The notes under the pieces are model-generated. The model had not been told where the DNA came from. It ran no database searches and saw only the letters and a program-made list of their open reading frames with translations. Source: Candidatus Latescibacterota bacterium (GTDB lineage: Bacteria > Latescibacterota > UBA2968 > UBA8231). Taken from it: a stretch of DNA of 64,000 nucleotides. This document shows, piece after piece, positions 39,866 to 48,953 of the stretch. Numbering within the stretch: the stretch's first letter is position 1; each line of letters begins with the position of its first letter. A program made the position numbers and the translations under genes. The stretch is from positions 960,001 to 1,024,000 of the forward strand of contig CBDAOB010000004.1 of assembly GCA_965197905.1 (NCBI GenBank). Direction: 5' to 3'.

Positions 39866-41824
39866 ATGCAGAAGTTACGCAGCTTGTTTCTTGGCATGGC
39901 AATAGTCATGCTGGCTATCGGCGCCGCAAGCGGCGAAACCTTTCCGTCCTCAGCCCCGGTACCCGAGGATTTCCATGATATAGTCCGCAAGCCGGATCGC
40001 TCCGGCGACCCGAATCCGTTGCGCCTCACGACCAGCGACGTGTCGTGGGACGGCAGCGGGCCCGTGGACATCAGTTGGAATATGAACCAGCGCGCCCGCG
40101 TCTGGATCGCGATCTACGAAGTGGGCAGCAATGAGACCGGTCCTTCCGGTCCCAACGGCGCTGTCAAGCGCCTCGTTCCCCAGGACAAGTTCGTGAACGT
40201 GGTGCCCCCGGGTGGAGCCGATTTCGAAGGCGGCAGCAGTACCTACAACTGGGATGGTAACGACTGGGAAGGCAATGCGGCTGGCGCTGGCAGCTATTCG
40301 TTCGACGTCATCGCCTTCAACAACCTCGATCCCGCGACGTTGATGTTCGGTCGCAACAGAGACCAGTTCAGCGACCACGAAATCGACATGCGCGACCAGA
40401 CCATGTGGACGCATCGGAGGGGCCGGTACCGCGAGGCCAATGGCGATGGGCCCCACTTCGTGCACGTCTTCACTTTGGGCACCGACTACATCGCCAATCC
40501 CACCGCCTATGAGACTTGGGATGCCTCCGCTGTCTGGGAGGTCGTGGAAGAGTCCGGCAGCCGCGGCGGCCCGAAACCCGATCCCGATGATCCCGACATC
40601 ATCTACCTGGTCAACTCCAACTGGAACAACGAATTCTCCGGTATCTTCAAGTCGAAGAAGAACCATGCTTCCAAGAGCCTGGAGCGGGTGACGGAATGGG
40701 GCGCCAACGGTTTTGCCGACGTGCCCGGGCCGACCACCGAGAACGCCATGCAGATATTGGTCTACAACGACCAGATCATCTCGCCCAACTGGTCTCAGGC
40801 CGATCCGCCGGCCAGTGGCCTGAATTTCTGGGACAAGGGCTCCGGTGAGTTCCTCAAGGCGTTCGATGTCCGCGAATTCTTCCTGCGCTGGCGCGTCGAT
40901 GACAATGGCAACCAGACCTTCAGTGGCGGCGGACCGTCTTCTGTTTCCGCCGATGACACCGGTCTGTGGCTTTGCGGTTGGAGGTCGACCTCGATCATCA
41001 AGCTGGACTGGGACGGCAATCTAATCTGGTTCAATGGTCCCGGCGATCTCTACTCCGACCAGTTCTCCGAAGAGCGCGCTGCGGCTCTCGGCCTTACCGG
41101 TCCGGCCGCGGGGGGCTCGTTTCAGCTGACCATCCGCGTAACCAACGACCGCACCGGACACATTGCCATGTACACGCCGGCCGCCAATCAGTTTGGCAAC
41201 CAGTACGAGGCGATGGGTCGCGACGGCTCGGGTATCTTGCGACTGTTCCTGTCGACCCAGATTGGTCCGTTCAGGCCCGGTGACACTAACCACATCTCCT
41301 GGGTCGACGAGAATCAGGGTCGGGTGAACGGCCATTGGATTGGTCCGGATCGGCGGCCCGGCCCGTTCGACGGCATCTACCTGGACGGCAACTGGGATCT
41401 GGGGGTCAATGGTCCGGCACCGGAGCGCGAAGCCAGCGAGATCGTCGATTTCCTGCAGGCGTTTCACGTTCCGTTCGATCTGGCCGTAGGTCGTCTGGGT
41501 GCTGGCGTAACCGCAGTGGAAGCCGACGCCAGCGCGGGTACACCCGACAGCTATGCGTTGGGTGAAGCGTATCCCAACCCCTTCAATCCCGAGACCACCA
41601 TCGACTTCAGCGTGCCGGTGGATGGCCAGGTTTCGATCAACCTATACAACACGGCTGGTCAGCTAGTGGCCACTCTGGTCGACAACCAGTTCAGGACAGG
41701 TGCGTACAAGGCGACTTGGGATGCCCGCGACAAACAGGGTGAACCGGTGTCGAGTGGCGTTTACTTCTACCGCATGGAGGCGGGCGATTTCTCCGCCACG
41801 CATTCGATGACACTGCTGAAGTAA
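39866..41824 (+). CDS. Secreted protein with C-terminal FlgD-Ig/T9SS type A-like sorting domain
   Basis: AAGGAG RBS, signal peptide, and C-terminal YPNPFNPETTIDF...WDARD..G..VSSGVYFYRM...MTLLK. Confidence 0.85.
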   Translation: MQKLRSLFLGMAIVMLAIGAASGETFPSSAPVPEDFHDIVRKPDRSGDPNPLRLTTSDVSWDGSGPVDISWNMNQRARVWIAIYEVGSNETGPSGPNGAVKRLVPQDKFVNVVPPGGADFEGGSSTYNWDGNDWEGNAAGAGSYSFDVIAFNNLDPATLMFGRNRDQFSDHEIDMRDQTMWTHRRGRYREANGDGPHFVHVFTLGTDYIANPTAYETWDASAVWEVVEESGSRGGPKPDPDDPDIIYLVNSNWNNEFSGIFKSKKNHASKSLERVTEWGANGFADVPGPTTENAMQILVYNDQIISPNWSQADPPASGLNFWDKGSGEFLKAFDVREFFLRWRVDDNGNQTFSGGGPSSVSADDTGLWLCGWRSTSIIKLDWDGNLIWFNGPGDLYSDQFSEERAAALGLTGPAAGGSFQLTIRVTNDRTGHIAMYTPAANQFGNQYEAMGRDGSGILRLFLSTQIGPFRPGDTNHISWVDENQGRVNGHWIGPDRRPGPFDGIYLDGNWDLGVNGPAPEREASEIVDFLQAFHVPFDLAVGRLGAGVTAVEADASAGTPDSYALGEAYPNPFNPETTIDFSVPVDGQVSINLYNTAGQLVATLVDNQFRTGAYKATWDARDKQGEPVSSGVYFYRMEAGDFSATHSMTLLK

Positions 41825-41852
41825 ACACGGCTTTACGTTCGGTATGGTCGGT

Positions 41853-41888
41853 ACAGGGGCGGATCACGCGATCTGCCCCTGTTTCTTT
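41853..41888 (+). terminator. Rho-independent terminator
   Basis: ACAGGGGCGGATC-acgc-GATCTGCCCCTGT followed by TTCTTT. Confidence 0.8.
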
Positions 41889-42053
41889 GCCCTGCGATTA
41901 ATGCCGTGGATTCGATGAACTCGGAATCTGGCCTTATGCCCCTGCTGCTCGCGAATTATGAAATCGTTGAGGCTAGATGTTAATTTGCTTGGACGTGCGC
42001 GTTAAAACTCAAGTATGTTGATGGTCTTGTAGAACCAAGAGGAGGTAATCGGC

Positions 42054-42530
42054 ATGCCAAATCCAGGAGTCGTGCTGGAAAGAGTCGGATCGACAGCAGA
42101 ACGGCTGCGCCAGCTGCCGTACGAGAAGCGGGTGTGCAAGACGGAAGCCTACCCCGCGGTCTCCCGGCCGGACAAAGAGTACACCGGACTGTCCGTCGCT
42201 GAGTTCGCCGAATGGGCCGCGGATGTGGGCCTGGAGGCCACGGTTCTGAAGGGAGGAATCGATCGCGGCACCCCTCGCTACCGCCCTTATCTGACCAGCC
42301 TGCACCTGAAGGATACGCGCACCATAGACGGCCCGTCGTGCAGGTTCGAGTGGTGCGAGCTGGGCACCGGCGACCCCGATTACGCGGCGCTCTTCCGCGC
42401 CTTTGTGCGCGATCGACTGGATGTGGTCATCGCCGTGGCCTCTCACTACGAGCCGCCCGGCGGCACCCCGGCCGATGGCGTGCGGCTCAACCACCGGACG
42501 GCCCTGGAGCTGGCGGAGTCGGCGCAATGA
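42054..42530 (+). pseudogene. Sugar phosphate isomerase/epimerase (xylose-isomerase-like TIM barrel), internally deleted
   Basis: LSVAEFAEWAADVGLE and LHLKD...LGTGDPDY motifs, but only 158 codons, too short for a full barrel. Confidence 0.6.
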
Positions 42531-43748
42531 GGCTTCCCATCTCCTTTGAGCTGGATCGCTACACCGATCTTCCCACCATCTATCAGGCGGACGACTACCG
42601 CGCGCCGGGCGTGAAGAGCCTCTTTTTTCAAAACGAAGACCACTTCGATAAAGAGACCCGCGTATTCGGATGGATCGGCATGCCGTATCTGCGCGACGGG
42701 GACAGTTGTCCTGCCATGGTTCTCATACACGGCGGCCGCGGTACCGCCTTCGACGAATGGGTCCGGTTGTGGAACGCCAGAGGGTACGCCGCAATCACGG
42801 TCGATCTGTGCGGCTGCGTGCCGCGGATACCCCTTCCCGAAACCGGCGTGAAATACCAACGGCACGAGTTCGCCGGCCCCGAAGGTTGGGATGCGTCGTT
42901 CGAGCAGATGGAGTGGAAGACGGAGGATCAGTGGCAGTACCATGCCGCCACCGCCCTGCTGCGGGCGCACACCATCATCGCCAACACGGAGGGGGTCGAT
43001 CCAGATCGAATTGGCGTCACCGGCATCTCCTGGGGTGGGTATCTCACCTGCCTGATGATGGGGATCGATCCCAGGTACAAAGTGGCGATACCGGTATACG
43101 GATGCAGCCGTATGACCGACGGAACCTGCCGGGAGCTTCGGTACCAAGATGAGCGCCGGCAGGAGGAGGTTGCAGCGTGGGGCAAACGCTGGGATGCGAT
43201 CCACTACATACCGAACGGACGGATGCCGTCACTCTGGGTCAGCGGCACCAACGAGGACCCTTACACGTTCGATTGTTTCGCCAACTCGTTTGCATCGACG
43301 GTGGATCCGACCGTCTCCATCCGGGTTGAAATGCCCCATGGCCACACCCACGGATGGGCACCTAGCGAGATTCATCACTTCACCGATGCTTTGTTCAAAG
43401 GGGGGGCGCCCCTGCCAAGACATGTCGAGACCCGGGTACGCGACGGGCGGATAATTTCCAAGTTCGAGTCAGCGCGTCCGCTGATGAAAGCGACACTCTG
43501 TTACACGCGGGCTACAGGCTTGTGGCCAGACCGAAAATGGAACCAGATCGATTGGAGACCACCGCAGCCTTCATCAACGTCACCGACGACCGAGATCTGC
43601 TCGTATCGTCAACGCATATCGAACCTTGCCGCACTAGATGAAGTGGGGCAAGGGTATGTAGCGTCCGCCGAGCTCCCGCTGGAGACCACCGCAGCCTTCA
43701 TCAACGTCAACGCATCTGCTCGTATCGTCAACGCATATCGAACCTTGA
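42527..43748 (+). CDS. Alpha/beta hydrolase (acetylxylan-esterase-like), rearranged 3' end
   Basis: PAMVLIHGG, RIGVTGISWGG nucleophile elbow and MPHGH; ATG overlaps the previous stop. Confidence 0.8.
43553..43747 (+). repeat. Imperfect direct repeat (43553-43628 and 43680-43747)
   Basis: TGGAGACCACCGCAGCCTTCATCAACGTCA...ATCTGCTCGTATCGTCAACGCATATCGAACCTTG occurs twice; the second copy has a small internal deletion. Confidence 0.95.
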
Positions 43749-43898
43749 TTCGAGCAGAACTGCACTTAAGAAGCCCGACTGGCCAACTCACCGCTCTGAC
43801 GTTTGGGATCAGCATGTCCCACATTTCGCGAGCCGTTTGAGTTACATAAGCCGATAGGTCGTATAACAGAGAATTGAGTATTTTTTAGGGGTAATTCG

Positions 43899-44852
43899 AT
43901 GTCCAGATTTGATGTGTCTGTCATTGATGACTGGATGACAGAGGTTCGGCCTGGACCATGCACCTCTATCGCGATCAGGGTTAGGGGATGGGGGGGAAAC
44001 GAGTTTCGCCTGTGGTTTCCGGAGGGTGTCACCCCATTGGGTCTCACCCCATTATGGAAGAATCGCGATGGCTTGCAACAGTTTCAGAGGGACAGGGAAG
44101 GTAACCTCTACTGGGAGTTGGAGACCAACCGGGGACAGGCTCGGTTCTCGTTCCAGCCACGGGAACAGGACATCCACATGGAGGCTGTGGTTCGAAACAC
44201 CTCGGTTGCACCTTATGACGTGAGCACCGGTGTCTGCTTCCAGATGTGGAACGCTCCAGACTTTTATAGCTACGACTGCTCCCGTATCTTTGCCTGCTTG
44301 GACGGCGAATGGAAAAGCCTAAGGGAAACCGACTCTTTTCCTCTCCGTTTATACGAAAACCACGCCAGTTATAGCAAGGAGGGGCGCAGCGAACCGGCGT
44401 ACCCCGAAAAGGATACGATTAGCAAGGTTATAAAGAGGTTAAGCAAGGAAGAGCTAACGGAATTTAGGAGGCATGCTGTTGAGAAAGTTGCCTCGGATCC
44501 CAGGTACAACAAGATCGTGGACAAGGACCTGTACGATTTCGTCGTCCGGTGCAAAACCCGCGTAGAGATCAGGCCTAAATTCAGCCTAAATGAGTCAACG
44601 GAGGCACCGGAGCGAGCCAGCCACCCCCTCATCTGTGTGGTGGCCAAGGACGGAAAGCGGGCGGTGGGTATCGCCTGGCACGACTTCACCCGCCTCTCTC
44701 ACAATAACGACCCGTGGATCGGCTGCATCCACAGTGCACCCCGCCCAAAAGTGGCTTCGGGACAGGAAGTCACATTCCAAGGATGGCTGTTCTTCTCAGA
44801 AAGCGGACTTCAAGGCCTTATTGAAGCCTACAAAAAGGGCGTGGTGACCTGA
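43899..44852 (+). CDS. Hypothetical protein
   Basis: 317-codon ORF (FRLWFPE, CIHSAP); no family recognised. Confidence 0.6.
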   Translation: MSRFDVSVIDDWMTEVRPGPCTSIAIRVRGWGGNEFRLWFPEGVTPLGLTPLWKNRDGLQQFQRDREGNLYWELETNRGQARFSFQPREQDIHMEAVVRNTSVAPYDVSTGVCFQMWNAPDFYSYDCSRIFACLDGEWKSLRETDSFPLRLYENHASYSKEGRSEPAYPEKDTISKVIKRLSKEELTEFRRHAVEKVASDPRYNKIVDKDLYDFVVRCKTRVEIRPKFSLNESTEAPERASHPLICVVAKDGKRAVGIAWHDFTRLSHNNDPWIGCIHSAPRPKVASGQEVTFQGWLFFSESGLQGLIEAYKKGVVT

Positions 44853-44923
44853 GCCGGCCGAACATGCTATTTATCATTTCTGATGGACACAAAACCAAGT
44901 GCCTCGACGTGGTGGGGCATCCT

Positions 44924-45096
44924 GGGCTGCCTCAAAAGGGACGTTGAAGGCGCAAAATCGACCCACTTCTAACGCTTCGGGGCGGTTTTCCCTAGCCGGC
45001 CCCTACATACTCAGCAAACGCCCCCGAAAAACGCCGCGCAAGAGCGCCACGGACCCTTGGCGTGATTGGCGATAATGGTCTTCATTCGTCCTATAT
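44924..45096 (+). mobile_element. Diverged oriIS-like end, copy 6
   Basis: CTCAAAAGGGACGTTGAAGG...CCCCGAAAAACGCCGCGCAAGAGCGCCACGGACCCTTGGCG...GATAATGGTCTTCATTCGTCCTATAT is colinear with copy 1. Confidence 0.75.
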
Positions 45097-45281
45097 TCTT
45101 GGTCCTCGCCAACTTCGTTGAATTCTTCCACCGTGGCCGTCGCAGCGGCCACATGCCCACCCGCCGATCCCCCTCCTGCCGCCAGCTTGTCGGCGGCGAT
45201 GCCCAGTTCATCCGCATGCGCTCGAATCCATCGGATGGCTGACTTGCCGTCTGTCACACACTCGCGTGGCGAAGTCCCGTG
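45097..45281 (-). pseudogene. Alpha/beta hydrolase (esterase) internal fragment
   Basis: ECVTDGKSAIRWIRAHADELGI..DKLAAGGGSAGGH; cut at the oriIS copy 6 terminus. Confidence 0.8.
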
Positions 45282-45372
45282 TCATCTCCCTCTTTCCCCT
45301 ACGCAAGAGTCTCGTCAGGGTGTATTATCTTGCGGTTAACACCGGGAGCAGACTTCACAGGGAGAGCCACCC

Positions 45373-45759
45373 ATGCTGAAACGCATCAACCACATCGAAT
45401 TGATCGTTCTGGACCTGGAGCGCCAGGTCGAGCTTTTCAAACAGCTCGGTTTCGAGGAGCTACGCCGCACGGAGCACCACCAGGTGTCGGTCGAGATGAA
45501 ACTGCCCGACCAGGAGATTATCTGGGAGCTGCACGAGCTCGAAAAGAACGAGGTCATCGGGGTCAACCACATTGGCTTCGAAGTGGATGACGCGCCGGCT
45601 GCTTATGAAGCGCTCAAGGACAAGGGTGTGAAGTTTCAGGATACACCCTCTCACTACAATGTGCCGGATATCGACGGCAAGACCTGGACCGTCGCCAACT
45701 TCCGCGATACCAGCGGCTTCCGCTACCACATTCTCGATACGAAGGGATCGCCATCGTGA
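45373..45759 (+). CDS. VOC/glyoxalase family protein
   Basis: RINHIELIV.DLE, GVNHIGFEVDD and FRDTSG. Confidence 0.85.
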   Translation: MLKRINHIELIVLDLERQVELFKQLGFEELRRTEHHQVSVEMKLPDQEIIWELHELEKNEVIGVNHIGFEVDDAPAAYEALKDKGVKFQDTPSHYNVPDIDGKTWTVANFRDTSGFRYHILDTKGSPS

Positions 45760-47396
45760 TCAGCCCCGAACGAGCGCGCGCGCGCTGGCGGAAGCGCCGG
45801 CTCATCTACAATAACGACGGCGACGACGTCATCGAAGCGCGTCCCGATGGCGTGGAGCACGAACACGACGTCGCCGAGTCGCTTATGGTGCGCCGCACCG
45901 GAGACACGGTGCAGGACTTTCTCGACGCCCGCAGCACGCCCCTGATCGGCTCGCAGGTGGACAGCAACTGGTTCTGTAGCTGCATGGCCGGCCTCACCTT
46001 CTCCCACAACACCAAGCTGGGCGGATTCCACGGCAAAGGGGTTCCCCTGGAGCTGATCGAGAAGTACGGGCGCGATTCGCTGCAGGTGCAGCTGGATTTC
46101 AGCCGCGAGCATGGCATGGAAGCAGGCTGGGACCTGCGCATGAACGATCCCCATGATTCCTTCCCCATGGGCACGCGCCGGTATAACTACGGTCTGGCCA
46201 AGTTCAAGCGCGAAAATCGGCAACATCTGATGGGCACGGAGAGCGATTGGGAGAAATACCCCAGGGGACACCCGCGGGCCGACTGGTCGCGAGTGGATTA
46301 CGCCATTCCCCACGTGCGCGACCACATCTTCGCCGTCATCGAGGAGGTGGCAGAGAACTACGACGTCGACCTCATCGGTATGGAGTTCTTCAAATACTGG
46401 CCCTTCTTCCGCGAGTCGTTGGGCGGAGACCCGGTGAAGCCCGAAAACCTGGAGATCATGAACGATCTGCTGCGCCGCCTTCGCCGCATGGCCGACGACG
46501 TCGAAGACCGCCGCGGCCGGCCGCTGCTGTTGGCCGCCCACACGCCGTTCAGCCTGGCGGATTGTGTGCACATTGGCGTCGACCTGGAAACCTGGCTCAA
46601 GGAAGGACTGATCGACCTCTTGTGCCCCGGCGGGTCTAAGGAGTCGATCTTCAGCGATTCCTACACCGACATCATCGGCTTGGGGCACAAGTACGAAACC
46701 CCGGTCTATCCATGCATGTCGTGGGGGTATTTTATTGAGCGTTGGGTCTTTCACGGGCTGAGCGATGGCAGATTCCGGCAACTCGACGACTGGATCTCGA
46801 CGCTTTATGGGGGCCAGCCCGAGCGTATCGGCTGTCCGGAGTGGGTCACGCTGTTCAACGGCTGGGAAGGCGCTTTCCCAGCCTGGCGCGGGGCGGCCTT
46901 GAACCTGTTCAACGCCGGCGCCGATGGACTCTACCTCTTCAATCCCGCGCTAGGCGAACCGCGGGTGTGGCGGGAGATCGGCGAGGTCGCTACGATGGCA
47001 GGAAAAGACCGGCTCTATGGCATCAACCGCTTCGCCGGCCCTGATAGCTTCACCGAAACCCCGGAGGTACCCCTCCCCTTGTCCGTGGGCTTTCAGGTGG
47101 GCGAGGACGTGGGTTCTCTCGATGCGCGGAGCCTCGATTTCGGCCTGCACCTGTGGGACTGGGTTCCCGGTGACGACTTATCCGTGCGACTCAACGGGGC
47201 AGCGGTCGAAGGATTGGCGCCGGCCGACCCGGACCGCAACCCAGCAGAGGGTCAGTGGTTGCAGGGAACTCTCGGTGCCGAGCAGGTCAATCGCGGTGAC
47301 AATCAGCTGGAAGTGGTGGTGAAGAGCCGGGGTGACTCCGCCGCATCGCCGGTTGTTCTGGACACGGTGCAGCTGCGCGTCCGGCTTGAATCCTGA
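45756..47396 (+). CDS. Putative TIM-barrel glycoside hydrolase-like protein, paralog of 18712-20319
   Basis: RWRKRRLIYNNDG, DFLDARST, LRMNDPHD and ADGLYLFN are shared with 18712. Confidence 0.7.
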   Translation: MISPERARARWRKRRLIYNNDGDDVIEARPDGVEHEHDVAESLMVRRTGDTVQDFLDARSTPLIGSQVDSNWFCSCMAGLTFSHNTKLGGFHGKGVPLELIEKYGRDSLQVQLDFSREHGMEAGWDLRMNDPHDSFPMGTRRYNYGLAKFKRENRQHLMGTESDWEKYPRGHPRADWSRVDYAIPHVRDHIFAVIEEVAENYDVDLIGMEFFKYWPFFRESLGGDPVKPENLEIMNDLLRRLRRMADDVEDRRGRPLLLAAHTPFSLADCVHIGVDLETWLKEGLIDLLCPGGSKESIFSDSYTDIIGLGHKYETPVYPCMSWGYFIERWVFHGLSDGRFRQLDDWISTLYGGQPERIGCPEWVTLFNGWEGAFPAWRGAALNLFNAGADGLYLFNPALGEPRVWREIGEVATMAGKDRLYGINRFAGPDSFTETPEVPLPLSVGFQVGEDVGSLDARSLDFGLHLWDWVPGDDLSVRLNGAAVEGLAPADPDRNPAEGQWLQGTLGAEQVNRGDNQLEVVVKSRGDSAASPVVLDTVQLRVRLES

Positions 47397-47496
47397 GCCA
47401 GAAGGCTTGGACCGCGTTTTCTGGGCCTCGACGCCGACAGGTCCGACGCGCACGCCGGCTTCGAACCGATCCGCATACCAGATCTCCGCTCTACCG

Positions 47497-48309
47497 TCAC
47501 TCAAACGGGCTTCTTTTCAATCCGCGGTTGTGCGGGTCCTCGCCGCGGACAAGATAGTACTCACGATCGAATCTGCTCTTGTCCTGATAGCTGGTGTAGT
47601 GGCGCGGCTCCATCCCATCCGCTTCGGCGCGCATGAAGTGTATGGTCATGGCACGCCGTCATGTGTCGGACGAATTCGGGGTCGACCGGTGCGGTGAATA
47701 GGAATTGTGTGCCGCCGCCTGTCCGGCCTTGAACCGGTACTGAACCTCCCGAGCATCGGCATCCGGCGGCAGCGCCTCTGCGTCGATGGCGAGCCCGAAG
47801 AAATCTCCCATATCCGTATGCGGCAGGAGACCCCGCGTGTGTTCTCCCGGCAGGACGGACATGGCGCCATTCATCTCGTCGACGTCGTCGAAAGCGATCC
47901 ACATGTTGGCGACGGGGGCAAAGACCTTTTGCTGATCCCAGTACACCTGGTCCTGGTGCCACGGGATATGGCGACCGGTCTTGGGCTCCTTGATCAGCAA
48001 ATCGGCATGCCAGAGGATGAGATTCGGCCCCAGTCGGCGTTCTGCATAGTCCAGTACCTTCGGATCGCTGACGATCTCCCACATCCATTCTTCTCCGAGC
48101 TGATGCGGCGACATCATCTCCGTTCCACCCAGTCCTTTCGCAAGCTCGGAAAACATGCGGTCGGCGTGGGATCGTGCTTCCGCTGCGGCCTCGTCGGTGA
48201 GGAAACGGTCGAAGATGAAGTAGCCTTCGCGTTCGAAGAACTCGTGCTCTTCCGCGCCGTATCGGAAATCGTCGTGAATGATCTTCGCTGCTTTCATTCT
48301 GTGTGTCAT
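47497..48309 (-). pseudogene. PhyH-family dioxygenase with one in-frame TGA
   Basis: FFEREGY, PWHQD, LPGEH and PHRSTPN. After the TGA at 47659-47661 the frame continues RRAMTIHFM...YYLVRGED to the stop at 47497. Confidence 0.8.
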
Positions 48310-48394
48310 GAGATCGCTTTCGGTTTGTTGGCCAACGCGGCTATGATCTGCTCGCGTGGATCCCGCAGATTGGAATAAGCCGTCACACCCAAAA

Positions 48395-48949
48395 TCAGTA
48401 GCCCCCACCATTGAGGTCGATCCGCCCCACAGGCCACGGGAAATCCGCCGAGTATATCATCACCGCTTCCCACCACGGGTTTGCCTGGGGATCCTCCTCA
48501 TTCTTTGAGTTCACGAATTCGTTATTGACGATTCTCCCGCCCAGTTTTTCATAAAAACCTGCTACCGGTGTTTGAAACACGGAAACCGGCCACACCCTGT
48601 TGTCGACCTGTTCGAAAGCCTTTCGCGTCACCCGGGCGCCCAGCCCCTCGCCGCGACGACTCTCAGCGACGCAAACGGCAGCAAGCGCCATCTGTTTCAA
48701 CGAGCCTCCAGTCGTGAAGATCTCACGTTCGAAGGTGAGCGCGTGGGCGACGGCCTGGTCATCCTCCCACAGGACAAAACGTTTGCTATTCGAATCCGCG
48801 GCTTCGTCTACCCGGGCGCGGTCCATGCACTCGGCTGCGATTTCATCTACGGTCTTGTCCTTGCTTGGCCAGACGCTCTCGGTGAGACTGACGATGGACC
48901 GGACCTGACTTGCGGTCAGCTCCTTTTCCGTGTGCTCCAATAGTATCAT
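48395..48949 (-). CDS. GNAT family N-acetyltransferase
   Basis: AAVCV.ESRRGEGLG and FYEKLG. Confidence 0.85.
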   Translation of the reverse strand: MILLEHTEKELTASQVRSIVSLTESVWPSKDKTVDEIAAECMDRARVDEAADSNSKRFVLWEDDQAVAHALTFEREIFTTGGSLKQMALAAVCVAESRRGEGLGARVTRKAFEQVDNRVWPVSVFQTPVAGFYEKLGGRIVNNEFVNSKNEEDPQANPWWEAVMIYSADFPWPVGRIDLNGGGY

Positions 48950-48953
48950 GAGA

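Noticed and set aside
2761..41980. CTAG tetramers at many gene or module boundaries as an insertion signature
   Set aside because: Most are a C-ending codon followed by a TAG stop, and enrichment cannot be shown without counting.
6259..47661. Genome-wide stop-codon reassignment, selenocysteine or pyrrolysine
   Set aside because: TAG and TGA both end many intact genes here, the implied residues differ between sites, none is an obvious catalytic Cys position, and no sel or pyl genes are in the window.
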